A stretch of 63,878 bases of DNA, filler included, from Octopus bimaculoides (lineage: Eukaryota), in NCBI RefSeq assembly GCF_001194135.2. It is 8 parts of 8 records of this genome, joined end to end, with 100 filler letters (N's around TTAATTAATTAA, not from the genome) between each part and the next. Parts side by side here need not be neighbours in the genome. Positions count along the whole stretch, not along the records: positions 38,561 to 46,506 come from NC_068981.1; positions 46,607 to 54,431 come from NC_068985.1; 6 more parts are not named here. One strand, 5' to 3'. Under the pieces are notes generated by a model, which was given only the letters and a program-made list of their open reading frames with translations, was not told the origin of the DNA and did not search any database. Positions 40,438 through 52,791 of the stretch are shown here, one piece after another; position 1 is the first letter of the stretch; the number at the start of each line of letters is the position of its first letter. Position numbers and translations under genes: made by a program.

Positions 40438-40640
40438 ATGGCGGTGAGCTGGCAGAAACGTTAGCATGCCGGGCAAAATGTTTAGCAGTATTTCATCTGT
40501 CTTTACGTTCTGAGTTCAAATTCTGCTGAGGTCGACTTTGCCTTTCATCCTTTCGGAGTCGATAAATTAAATACCAGTTGCGTGCTGGGGTTGATCTAAT
40601 CGACTAAAATTTCGGGCCTTGTGCCTAGAGTAGAAAAATA
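40438..40640 (+). mobile_element. tRNA-derived SINE, family A (representative), with Meta/MESC-like core
   Basis: ggcggtgagctggcagaa..gttctgagttcaaattc..gaggtcgactttgcctttcatcctttcggggtcgataaattaagtaccag. Other copies: about 1735-1950(-), 3535-3737(-), 3773-3980(-), 16530-16660(-), 21432-21625, 38680-38885(-), 39515-39735(-), 39750-39960(-), 39955-40190(-), 48630-48832(-), 50580-50903, 51760-51965, 54543-55200, 57250-57550. The core-domain name is from memory. Confidence 0.9.
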
Positions 40641-41198
40641 GTGAGATCTAGCAAGTGTCATACACTGCAACATTTAATGGCTTCGACTGTTGTGAGTCAG
40701 TGACAGTTGAGTGGAAGTCACTGCCAACAGAGACATGTGATAACCTGCGTCGAGATGTAGTACTTGTGTCTGCTCAATAGCTTACCATACTTAAGTGTCA
40801 TAGTTTGTATAGTAAACGACATTGTTGTAATTCTACAGTTCACATTGTATAGTAAACGACAGTATTGTAATTCTACAGTTGACATTGCTTACGTAAAACT
40901 TTAATCGTGGTAAGGTAGCTCTAAATGTAATGCATATCAATCACACTGCGTTTTGGTTAGCATTTGAAACTTAATCATTCTTATATGTTTTAATGTGTTT
41001 CCTATTAGTTCGAGAGGTCTCATCAAATAAATGACTTTTTAACAAAATTAAAGCTTTCATATTTCCCCAATAAAATTATTTTACATAAGAGGTCTGAAAA
41101 GATAACCTCATAGAATGAGCACTTATCAGAAGCATGTTAAAAATCCAAGATGTGACTAACAAGATTGTCTATGCTCAATTAGTTTCCCTAAGTTGATC

Positions 41199-41590
41199 GT
41201 TGTTGTTGGCGGCACTCTGTCGCTTACGACGTCGATGGTTCCAGTTGATCCGATCAACGGAACAGCCTGCTCGTGAAATTAACGTGCAAGTGGCTGAGCA
41301 CTCCACAGACACGTGTACCCTTAACGTAGTTCTCGGGGATATTCAGCGTGACACAGTGTGACAAGGCTGACCCTTTGAATTACAGGCACAACAGAAACAG
41401 GAAGTAAGAGTGAGAGAAAGTTATGGTGAAAGAGTACAGCAAGGTTCGCCACCATCCCCTGCCAGAGCCTCGTGGAGCTTTAGGTGTTTTCGCTCAATAA
41501 ACACTCACAACGCCCGGTCTGGGAATAGAAACCGTGATCCTATGACCGCGAGTCCGCTGCCCTAACCACTGGGGCCATTGCGCCGCCACT
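41199..41590 (-). mobile_element. Full-length family C SINE with 11-bp TSD
   Basis: Reverse complement of 6629-7010. ctaagttgatc at 41188-41198 and 41591-41601. Confidence 0.93.
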
Positions 41591-42876
41591 CTAAGTTGAT
41601 CATTGACTTAGCAATTAAAAGAAGGAAGCGGAAGAAAACATTTTAAAGCATAAACAAAATTATACGTAGACAATAATAGGCATTATTTTGTGTCCTTTGA
41701 GCCCTATTTTCAATTTCAAGATCGAAATTAATAGCATAAAAGTAAATTTTTTCTTACAAATAATTTCTTTTCTAGATTGCATGTATTTTGGGGGAAAATA
41801 TTTGAGTGGCAACATTGATTTCTAAACAATGAATGATATTATACAGAATTTCTTTGATGACAAGGGTTTAAAATTATGAATAAAAAAATAAGATATTATT
41901 ATTATTATTTGCATGTTTGTCACATAGTATTCATTGTTACGTAGTGATAAATAAATAAAAACAATACAAGGGAGTTATAGATGTTGGGATCAAGCCTTAG
42001 GAATGGCCCGAACTAAAAATAAATACTTAATCTAGATTTTAAACTATTATTAAAAACTGAATATATCTTAAGGGCTTGTGATTTAGACAAAGAAAATGTC
42101 GAAGAGGGACAATGACGGGGCTGTGCTAAGGGCATCAGTTGGTCTTAATCCAGTCCTATTTTATTTACCTAACACTCCAAGACCTACAAACAGTTTTGTG
42201 TCAGAAGCAAAACAAACAAAACAAAGAAACAAAAGACAAGTATAAAACTCATACACACAGACAAACGCACACACACAGAACAAGAGCAGACACATAAAGC
42301 TACCCCGTACAGACGCATACGCATCATATAAAGTATATATGTATGTATATATATAAGTATGTATATATATATATATATATNNNNNNNNNNNNNNNNNNNN
42401 NNNNNNNNNNNNNNNNNNNNNNNNNNNNNNNNNNNNNNNNNNNNNNNNNNNNNNNNNNNNNNNNNNNNNNNNNNNNNNNNNNNNNNNNNNNNNNNNNNNN
42501 NNNNNNNNNNNNNNNNNNNNNNNNNNNNNNNNNNNNNNNNNNNNNNNNNNNNNNNNNNNNNNNNNNNNNNNNNNNNNNNNNNNNNNNNNNNNNNNNNNNN
42601 NNNNNNNNNNNNNNNNNNNNNNNNNNNNNNNNNNNNNNNNNNNNNNNNNNNNNNNNNNNNNNNNNNNNNNNNNNNNNNNNNNNNNNNNNNNNNNNNNNNN
42701 NNNNNNNNNNNNNNNNNNNNNNNNNNNNNNNNNNNNNNNNNNNNNNNNNNNNNNNNNNNNNNNNNNNNNNNNNNNNNNNNNNNNNNNNNNNNNNNNNNNN
42801 NNNNNNNNNNNNNNNNNNNNNNNNNNNNNNNNNNNNNNNNNNNNNNNNNNNNNNNNNNNNNNNNNNNNNNNNNNNN

Positions 42877-42959
<83 letters not shown>

Positions 42960-43187
42960 ATATCTATGATGTGCATACACAGATATACGCGTGTTTCTGT
43001 GTCCGTGTGTGTTTGTGTGTGTGTTTGAGAGTTTGCGTCTGTGAAAAATCAAAGCGCGAGATAGCTTTGGATAGAAATAGCACACCTGTAGTTTGCTGCT
43101 ATTTGGTTGCAAGCTGAGATGGAATTGTCCCCAGCTCGGTGAAACAAGATGCACGCCAGAACAACGTATAACTTATCTGAAAACTAG

Positions 43188-43227
<40 letters not shown>

Positions 43228-43560
43228 CCGCCAACAACTGATGAAGGGTCGTTCTTTGTGTTACTTGTTCTGTTTTCCATTTTCTTCTCTCGTTGTTTGC
43301 GTATTTAACTCGTTTGTTTTCGTTCTTCACGTTGTTTATAGGTGGTGACGTCCTGTACACACACACATATATACATATAAAATTAATATTATATGTTTGT
43401 GTGTGTGTATACTAGATTACTGAGTGTGTGTGTATCTATATATATATGAATGCACGCACACACACACACACACACACACATACACACACATAAAACAAAA
43501 CAGACAGTTGTCTGAACAACAAGCAGGTGTATTAGTTTGATACTCGGGAAAGTGAAAAAG

Positions 43561-43598
43561 TATTTTACGTTTCGAGCCTCCGCTCTTCAACAGAAAGG
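43561..43598 (-). ncRNA. Second copy of the CUGUUGA hammerhead-like motif
   Basis: Minus strand: CCUUU-CUGUUGA-A-GAGC-GGAG-GCUC-GAAA-CGUA-AAAUA. Same stems as the 46158 copy but a different loop II and a GUA triplet. Confidence 0.55.
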
Positions 43599-43679
43599 AA
43601 TAAGAAAATAAAAAGAATAGGAATTAAAAAAAGCTTGTAGATTTAGCCGTCAAGCATGGCGACTGGTTGCAACAAAAAA

Positions 43680-43761
<82 letters not shown>

Positions 43762-43964
43762 AAGTGGGTGCTGAAAGTTGCTGGATTTGGGTAAAAGAAA
43801 ATACAGGAAGTTCAGCTAATTATCACTTTATTCAATATATTCCCCTCACAGATTCACACACATATTGCAACGGCCCTTCCGTTTTTCTGAGCCCTGTTAA
43901 AAAAACTCAGAAGTCTTCGCCTTTAATGATACTCTTAAAAACAGGAACTTTTCAGCATTCATCC

Positions 43965-44011
<47 letters not shown>

Positions 44012-44734
44012 CATTCTTTATAATTGTTTCAGGCATTTGACTGCGGCCATGCAGGAGCACCGCTTCAAAGGGTGTTACTCGAAGAAATCGACCTCAGGAT
44101 TTATTCTTTGTAAGCCTAATACTTATTCTATCGGCCGCTTTTTGCCGAAATGCTATGTAACCAGCATCGGTTGTCAAGTGATACATACGATGAGCTTCTT
44201 CCAGTTTCCATCTACTAAATCCACTCACAAGGCTTTGGTCGGCCTGTGGCTATACTAGAAGACACTTCCCCAAGGTTCCACGCAGTGGGACTGAGTCCAG
44301 AACATGTGGTTGGGAAGCAAGTTTCTTACGACACGGCCACGTCTGCGAGTTTGTATGTGCGTAGAAGTTTGCATGAGTGCGAAACACACCTGGGTCTCAG
44401 ATCACAAACGAACCTTGTTGAAGGCAAGAAACACAAGAGAGGTATCGAACTCTTTCTATCACCAACAGTCAAACATTGCGTTAGGGTTAAGGTTAGGGTT
44501 ATACACAACTGTAACATTGCGTTACAGTTCTGTATAAGAAAACAGCACAGGGAATATATATATGTACGTATGTATGTATGTATGTAAGTATGTATGTATG
44601 TATGTATGTATGTATGTATGTATGTATATATGTATGTATGTATTTATGTATGTATGTATGTATGTATGTATACACGCATTCATACCGATAGCATATAAGC
44701 AAATATATATAAGTATATATATTTCTCTCTCTCT

Positions 44735-44802
<68 letters not shown>

Positions 44803-45085
44803 NNNNNNNNNNNNNNNNNNNNNNNNNNNNNNNNNNNNNNNNNNNNNNNNNNNNNNNNNNNNNNNNNNNNNNNNNNNNNNNNNNNNNNNNNNNNNNNNNN
44901 NNNNNNNNNNNNNNNNNNNNNNNNNNNNNNNNNNNNNNNNNNNNNNNNNNNNNNNNNNNNNNNNNNNNNNNNNNNNNNNNNNNNNNNNNNNNNNNNNNNN
45001 NNNNATATACATACACGTGCATGTATACACACGCACACACACACAGACATATATATGTATATACATGTGCATGTATACACACATA

Positions 45086-45168
<83 letters not shown>

Positions 45169-45371
45169 TGGCATATATAACTTTTACTCACCCACACCTT
45201 TCTCTTCAGAGGCTTATATATAAAAACATGTATATATTTAAGAAAAAAATATATATAAACATATAAGTGAATATATATATAGTATACATTTAGAGCGTTG
45301 TGTGTGAATATATAGATATGCAAAACATGAAATCAAGCACAAACATATGCACATATGTATGAACACACACA

Positions 45372-45422
<51 letters not shown>

Positions 45423-45574
45423 AAATACACACACACACACATATATATATATGGACCCTTATACACATAAATATTCTAAATCTTCGTTATCATGTATTGT
45501 TCCATAAATATATACACACACACTCACACGCACACACATATATCTTTTATTTGTTTCATCCATGCAGATACAGT

Positions 45575-45617
<43 letters not shown>

Positions 45618-46157
45618 TCATATATATATTCTATTTAACTTGTTTCAGTTATTTCGCTGCGGCCATGCTGGAGTACAACCGTTACTCGAAAAAATCGTCC
45701 CCAGGACTTATTCTCTACAAGCCTAGAACTTACACTATCGGACGCTTTTGCCGAACCACTAATGTTAGGGGAACGTAAACACACCATCATCGGTGTCGAA
45801 CGATGATGGAGTGACAATCACACATGCACAATTACATACATACACACATATATATATATGTACGGCGGGCTTCTTTCAGTTTCGTTTATTAAAACCACTC
45901 ACAAGATCGGTCGGCCCAAGGCTATAATAAAAGATTCTTACACAATGCATCACGCAGTGGGACTGAACTCGGAACAATGTCTTTGGGATGCAAGCTTCTT
46001 ACTACACAGCAACTACTGCGCCTACATGTGTGTATGTGTGTATATATATATTTATATTTATATATATGGGAGAATATACAAAAAATAACAACAGACGAGG
46101 ACAGGTGGTGTAAATAACAAAAGTATATATTAGTATGACGCTCGGGAATACGGAAAG

Positions 46158-46194
46158 TCTTTGACGTTTCGAGCTACGCTCTTCAACAGAAAGA
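46158..46194 (-). ncRNA. Minimal hammerhead-like motif with variant core CUGUUGA
   Basis: Minus strand: UCUUU-CUGUUGA-A-GAGC-GUA-GCUC-GAAA-CGUC-AAAGA. Perfect 5-bp stem I, 4-bp stem II, palindromic ACGU stem III and a GUC triplet; A6 is replaced by U. Confidence 0.6.
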
Positions 46195-46471
46195 ATACGG
46201 AGACAAGGAGAAAAACACGGAGAAAAAAAATTGAATAGTGTTCAGTCAACGGTCAATCATAATAATGTATATAGATAAAGATATATACACTTCCTCATTA
46301 AATGTATACAAGCATGTATATATCAATGTAGGTATGAATGTATGTGCATGTCTATATGTATGTAAGCAGGTATTAATACATGTATGTAGAAGGTAAGGCA
46401 TGTGCATCTGTCGTTCCATGTATATATATATGCATACACACACACACACACACACATACACACACACAGAG

Positions 46472-46506
<35 letters not shown>

Positions 46507-46607
46507 NNNNNNNNNNNNNNNNNNNNNNNNNNNNNNNNNNNNNNNNNNNNTTAATTAATTAANNNNNNNNNNNNNNNNNNNNNNNNNNNNNNNNNNNNNN
46601 NNNNNNG

Positions 46608-46967
46608 ATAAGGGTGCACCAGGCACATGCATCACAACCATATGTGCGCGACATGGTGATCTCATATCAAGATAAGCAGTGCATGACCTTGCGGGTGGGG
46701 CCCAGTTAGAATTTTCTTCAGGTCGAGTAGCCCATCCCGCTCAAAAGGTCCCTGAATAAGGGGTGTTTAAGGATGATGGACAAAAGCCATGAGAACTACT
46801 GCCTGGTACTGCATCAGGGCATACAACTGACAAGCAAATCTGTGGTATTGAGCAGAATATTTGCTGTAGCCCATCTTTTATACCAAGACAAAACAATGTA
46901 CATGATAACACTTCCAGTCAGTTAAGATCAGAAGCCATGAGAGTCACTGCCTGGTACTGCATCAAGG

Positions 46968-46970
<3 letters not shown>
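46608..46970 (-). mobile_element. Non-coding (AAT)n-embedded repeat (family F)
   Basis: Homologous to 3995-4210 (+) (tcagggaccttttgag.gggatgggctactcgacctgaagaaaattc) and 29181-29300. All copies abut (AAT)n/(ATT)n. Confidence 0.8.
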
Positions 46971-47040
<70 letters not shown>

Positions 47041-47041
47041 G

Positions 47042-47205
47042 ACTTCGCACTGTATACAATATCGTGAGTTTGTTGATGAAGATATTGTAATACATCTAGA
47101 TTGTACGGCATTTCAAAGGTTTTCAGATGCTTTTTCAGATTGGATGGTATTGAACCCAATCCTCCGATGACAATAGGGATAACCTTAGCAATCCCAGTTC
47201 TCGGG
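47042..47205 (-). mobile_element. R4-clade LINE C-terminal fragment
   Basis: Minus strand KVIPIVIGGLGSIPSNLKKHLKTFEMPYNLDVLQ, typical of the RLE C-terminus, running into (AAT)n at 46970-47040. Confidence 0.75.
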
Positions 47206-47237
47206 CCTCTATATCACAAACATACACACACACACGC

Positions 47238-47277
<40 letters not shown>

Positions 47278-47467
47278 TAAGTAGCTTGCTTACCAACCAC
47301 ATGGTTCCGTGTTCAGTCCCATTGCATGGCACCATGGGCAAGTGTCTTCTACTATAGCCTCGGGCCGACCAAAGCCTTCTGNNNNNNNNNNAAACTGAAA
47401 GAAGCCCGTCGTATATATGTATATATGTATGTATGTGTGTATATATGTATAATTATGCACCAATCCA

Positions 47468-47535
<68 letters not shown>

Positions 47536-48412
47536 ATGTATAGATGTATGTATATAACTATGTGTGTGTTTATATTTGCATTAGTCCCCACACACACACA
47601 CACGCACAAACCGCTTAAGAACCGGCATTGGTTTGTTCACGTCACTATAATTTAGCTCTTCGACAACAAAGACCAATAGAATAAGTATCATCTTTAAAAA
47701 TAGACAAACAACAAGGTTCGATTTGTTCTACTAAACACTTACAGGCGGTGCCCTAGAATGACCGCAGTCCAGTGCCTGAAACAATTAAACGATTTATCGA
47801 TTCCTAGGGAATGACTGGAATATTTTTGACCAAAGGTCGGCATAATCAGAGTTTATCTGGGACTAAGCAAAAACAACAAGAATATCACAAATCAATATCT
47901 ACCATCCTTTTTTCTGAGTTCAATTCTTTCTGTTCTCTTTCTCTTGCCTCCTCTCTGTCTACTAGACTCTTTTTCTTTCTCTTTCTCTATCCTTTTCCCT
48001 CTGCTAGCATTTCATAGCCTCTTTCCCCCTACACAACCTTGTTTTCGTTATTTGCTCTTTTCATTTATTTTTTCATTGATTTTTCTCAATTCTTTTGTGA
48101 AACAGGGTGTGCGCATGTATGTCTTTCTTTGTTTTTAAATGTTAATGAAAATAACCATAAAAAATTTATTAATAAAAGGCGCCCGCTTCTTTCACAAAGC
48201 ACGTGCACCCGTACACTGCACCACACACACAAACACACACACACACATTTATATATTTATATAGGAATTAGAATGCGGAACTTGATTTAACCACAGAATC
48301 TATTAAAACCATACACCAGCAAGTCTATCACTCTAATCTCTCCGCCTACACACACATACATACATACATACATACATACATACATACATACATACATACA
48401 TACATACATACA

Positions 48413-48632
48413 TAGAGGAACATTCAAAACTTCTGCCAAGTGTAAACATAACAGGTCAGATATTGTTCTTCCGGACAGATAAGGAAAAGTATGTACAGTC
48501 ATAGAGGTCAGCTGCCCTGATAATGTGAATATCTCCATGAAAATCAAAGAGAAAATCGACAACTACGGACAGCTACCTCGAAACATCCAGCTTCTATATC
48601 CAGATCATAAATTCACATTTGTTCCAATAATC
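48413..48632 (+). mobile_element. Second, divergent RLE-LINE fragment after (ACAT)n
   Basis: KTSAKCKHNRSDIV..VIEVSCPDNVNISMKIKEKIDNYGQL.RNIQLLYPDHKFTFVPII, homologous to the 25093 copy. (ACAT)n lies at 48355-48412; the 3' end is cut by a SINE. Confidence 0.8.
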
Positions 48633-51343
48633 CTTTCTACTAAAAGCACAAAGCCTGAAATTTGGGGGGACGGGGTTAGTCGATTAGATCGACCCCAGTA
48701 CGTAACTGGTACTTAATTTATCGATCCCGAAAGGATGAAAGGCAAAGTCGACCCCGGCGGAATTTGAACGTAGCGACGTACGAAATGCCTCTAAGCATTT
48801 CGTCCAGCGCGTTAACGATTCTTCCAGCTCGCCAATTGGTTGACTTGGTTTTGTGATTCTAGCGAGGGTTTTCGGAAAAAGACATCAACCAGCTAATTCA
48901 TACATTACAAATACAATCTAGAAGTGGAACGATAAAAATATGCAAGACTCTTCTCAAGTTTAAAATGTGACGTGGTTTTCGTTATCTATTTTCCAGCGAC
49001 AGACCTTTGTATCTTTGTCAGAAGAATTTAAGGAATTAAAAACAGAAAATAACACGCACGTACATACATACATACATACATACAAGAAAGTGGCTCTGCA
49101 ACCACGTGGCTTCGAATTCTGCCCCACTATGCGGCACCTTAGGCAAGTGTTTTTTCTTTTTTTTTTACTATATCCCCTAGCCGACCAATGCCTGGTGAGT
49201 GAACTTGGTTGACGAAAACTGTATGGAAGCCCAAACTGTACATATGTGTGTGCGCGCGCGCGTGTCTGACGTGTGTGTATGTGTGTGCCCGTGTGTGTGC
49301 GTGTAAGTTTGATATGTGTGTATGTTTATGTGCATATAGATGTTTGTGTCTTCGTGTCTGTGTTTGTTCTCCTCCCCAATACCGCTTGATAACCGGTGTT
49401 GGTTTGTTTATAACTTAGCTGTTCGGCGAAAGAGGCCGACAGAAAAAGAAGCAGACCTTTAAAAAAATAAGTACTGGGGTCGATCTATTCGACCAAAAAT
49501 CTCCAGCATGACCGCAGCCCAACGACTGGAGCAATTAAAAAGAGATGGCTCATTTTTGTTGGAATTACGCAAATTACGCTACAAACGTTTTCTACTCTTT
49601 TTTGTAAAAGTCTAAGTTCTTTGACTATTAGAGATAATCTCAGATTATTGTAATGCTGATGAGGACTAGTGAGCTAGAAACACATGCCATCTTTGTCCTC
49701 TTGTCTGCAAACAATAAGTCTGTCCTTTCCTTAATACCATGTCAGTTTTGGAGAATTCTTGAATCTTGAGATTATTTCACCTTCTTAAGTGGAGATGGTC
49801 ATATCGATGTTTGATAATTATGACTCATCTTCTAGAGGCAAAGATAATTTTAAGGAATCAAGAATTTTGTTGTATGGTATTTGACAAATAGGCGCGGGCG
49901 TGGCTGTGTGGTAAGAAGCTTGCTTTCCAACCACATGGTTTCAGCAGGTTCAGTCCCACTGCGTAGCACCTTGGGCAAGTGTCTTCTAATAAAGCCTCGG
50001 GACGTCCAAAGCCTGTGAATTGATTCGGTGGACGGAAACTGAAAGAAGCCCGTAATATATATGTGTGCGTGGGAGTGTCTATGTATGTGTGTATATGTCT
50101 GAGTGTGTGTGTAAATATTTGTGTCTCCGTTGTTCCCCTCCATCACTTGACAACCGATGTCGGTGTGTTTACGTCCCCGTAACTTACAGGTTCGACAAAA
50201 GAAACCGATAGAATAAGTATTAGGCTTACAAAGAATAAGTCCTAGGATCGATTTCTTCAACGAAAAAAAAAAACCTTTAAGGCGGTGCTCTAGCATGGCC
50301 GCAGTCAAATGACTAAAACAAGTAACATTAACAATAAAATATTTGTAGCTGTATTTGTCTCTGTTATTCAAATATATAGCTCTTGCCACATCGAGTTATT
50401 TGTCTTTGTTCATTTTTATTTGAATTATACACGTTACATACACCATTGCTGTTTTCTACTCTCTGTACACTCACTCATACACACGCACGCACACACGCAC
50501 ACACACACNNNNNNNNNNATGAAACGTGAATTGCGTCGGAGCACAGCTCTCAACGCATGTTACAATATTACACAATGAGAAAGCGGCGAACAGGCAGAAG
50601 CGTCAGCGCGCCGGGCGAAATGCTTAACAGTATTTCGTCTGCCGTTACGTTCTGAGTTCCAATTCCGCCGAGGTCGACTTTGCCTTTCATCCTTTCGGGG
50701 TCAATTAAATAAGTACCAGTTACGCACTGGGGTCGATGTAATCGACTTAATCTCTTTGTCCTTGTTTATCCCCTGTATGTTTAGCCCCTTGTGGGCAGTA
50801 AGGAAATCAGAAATGTTAGCACGCCGGGCGAAATGCTTAGCGGTATTTCGTCTGTCTTTACGTTCTGAGTTCAAATTCCGACGAGGTCGACTTTGCCTTT
50901 CATATGTATGTATAGATGTGTATATATAACTATGTGTGGCTTTATATTTGCGTTAGTCCCCACACGTGCAACACCGCTTGAGAAACATTAGAGCAGTAAT
51001 ATATTTTTAGGAAGTCAAATGTTACGGCCGGTCACAGAGTGACCATTTGAGTCTGACCAGTTACCTGTACTGCTAAATACTTTATAGATGGAAAACCAAT
51101 GGTCATATTAATTAATATATGACTAATTACCAGATTTTATAATATTTTACCCATTGCCCATGTTCTCATACTGAATATATAAGACGCAGTAAATATTTTC
51201 TGCGGATATATTCCTGGAATTAGCGCGCCAAAACGAAGACTTTTGAATTTTACCATTAAGCTGTAATTAGCAGAACCATATGCACGCGCACCAATGGCGG
51301 TGGGCAACTCTGTATACGATTCTGATGATTGCAGCTAAATTAC

Positions 51344-51408
51344 AAATCAGGCTGATGAGGAATAGACAAATGGTAAGAATTTGTTAAATCCGAAACTAGT
51401 TCCTGTTT
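51344..51408 (+). ncRNA. Type I hammerhead ribozyme, minimal (dimer-type) stem III
   Basis: CAGG(51348-51)-CUGAUGA(51352-58)-GGA..GACAAAU/AUUUGUU..UCC-GAAA(51392-95)-CUAG-UU-CCUG(51402-05). Stem I is CAGG/CCUG plus AAA/UUU after a bulge. Stem III ACUAGU is palindromic. The GUU triplet ends at 51401. Confidence 0.75.
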
Positions 51409-51687
51409 AATAATGCTTTTTTAGGTGATTTTAAATGTCTTGCCCGCTCACGTTTTTGGTATGCTGCTATATTTCATGTTGAGAACAATTTAGGTCTTAA
51501 TAGACACAAGATGTGATCTATTTCTAGCGCATTAATTGTCCACGTTAGTGGTCGACGTTATTTTTTGAAAAATGTACCTTAATCCCCTGAGATTGCAGAC
51601 AATATTTCTGAATCTCTTTGATTTTTTAGATGTGCTGGCCTCCTGATAATTAATCGATATTAATTAATATATGACTAATTGCCAGAT

Positions 51688-51759
<72 letters not shown>

Positions 51760-51983
51760 GGCGGGGATCTGGCAGAAATGTTAGCACGTCGGACGAAATG
51801 CTTAGCGATATTTCGTTTGTCTTTACGTTCTGAGTTCAAATTCCGACGAGGTCGACTTTGCCTTCCATCCTTTCGGGGTCGATAAATTAAGTACCAGTTG
51901 CGTACTGGGGTCAACTGGATCCCTACCCCAAATTTTCGGACCTTGTGCCTAGAGTAGAAAAGAATGTTACACAAATGGCAAAG

Positions 51984-52315
51984 GGTAAAAAACCCCTTCG
52001 GTCATCGAGATCGCACGTAGAAAGTTTCCTTCCGAGGCACAAGTCCAGGCAAGGTTGTTCAATGGAAGAGCAGCAGTCGCCCACACATACCAGCCTCCAC
52101 TCTCCACACCATTGATGTTATCCAAGGGAAAAGCAAAGGGGCCGATACAGCTTGGCATCAATGACGTCGCAACTCATTTGTACAGCTAAGTTAACTGGAG
52201 CAACGTGAAATGAAGTGTCTTGCTCAAGAACACAGCACACAGCCTGGTCCAGGAATCGAATTCACTATCTCATGATTATGAGCCCGACACTCTAACCACT
52301 GAACCATGTGCCCTC
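51984..52315 (-). mobile_element. tRNA/CORE SINE, family E
   Basis: Minus-strand head gagggcacatggttcagtggttagag..gaattcgattcc, CORE-like tgttcttgagcaagacacttcatttcac. Similar copies at 56724-57060 (-; TSD agtgact(a/g)tctgta) and, head part only, 1240-1472 (-). Confidence 0.88.
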
Positions 52316-52339
52316 AATGTTACTTACAGAGTTATATAT

Positions 52340-52650
52340 GAGGGCGCGTGACTTAGTGATTAGGGGGTAACAGGATCACGATCACGAAGGTCATGAGTTC
52401 AATTCCCGGCGGCGCGTTGTGTCTTTGAGCAAGACACTTTATCTAACGTTGCTGGAAAAAAATGAGTGGTACCTATATTTCAAAGGGCCAGTCTTAGCAC
52501 ATTCAGTGTCACGCTGAATCTCCCTGAGAACTACGTTAAGGGTACACATGTCTGTGGAGATCTCAGCCACTTGCACGGTAATTTCACGAGCAGGTTGTTC
52601 CATTGATCGTATCAACTGGGACCTCGTCGTCGTAAGCGACGGAGTGCCAG
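52340..52650 (+). mobile_element. tRNA/CORE SINE, family D (E-like head, C-like tail)
   Basis: Head/CORE gtgtctttgagcaagacactttat as in family E; tail ctgagaactacgttaagggtacac..agcgacggagtgcc as in family C. Second copy at 56223-56546. Confidence 0.85.
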
Positions 52651-52651
52651 T

Positions 52652-52725
<74 letters not shown>

Positions 52726-52791
52726 AAAAACATATATCAGAAAGCAACAGACTAAAAAATAGAGCAGTAATTATTACAACAAAATTTTATA

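Noticed and set aside
40806-40890. About 41-bp tandem duplication
   Set aside because: Ordinary local slippage duplication with two copies.
43236-43260. CTGATGA boxes at 43238, and on the minus strand near 22365 and 63150
   Set aside because: No correctly placed stem II plus GAAA plus UH; expected by chance or as relics.
44481-44500. Telomere-like ttagggttaaggttagggtt
   Set aside because: Only about 3 imperfect units; too short to call an interstitial telomere.
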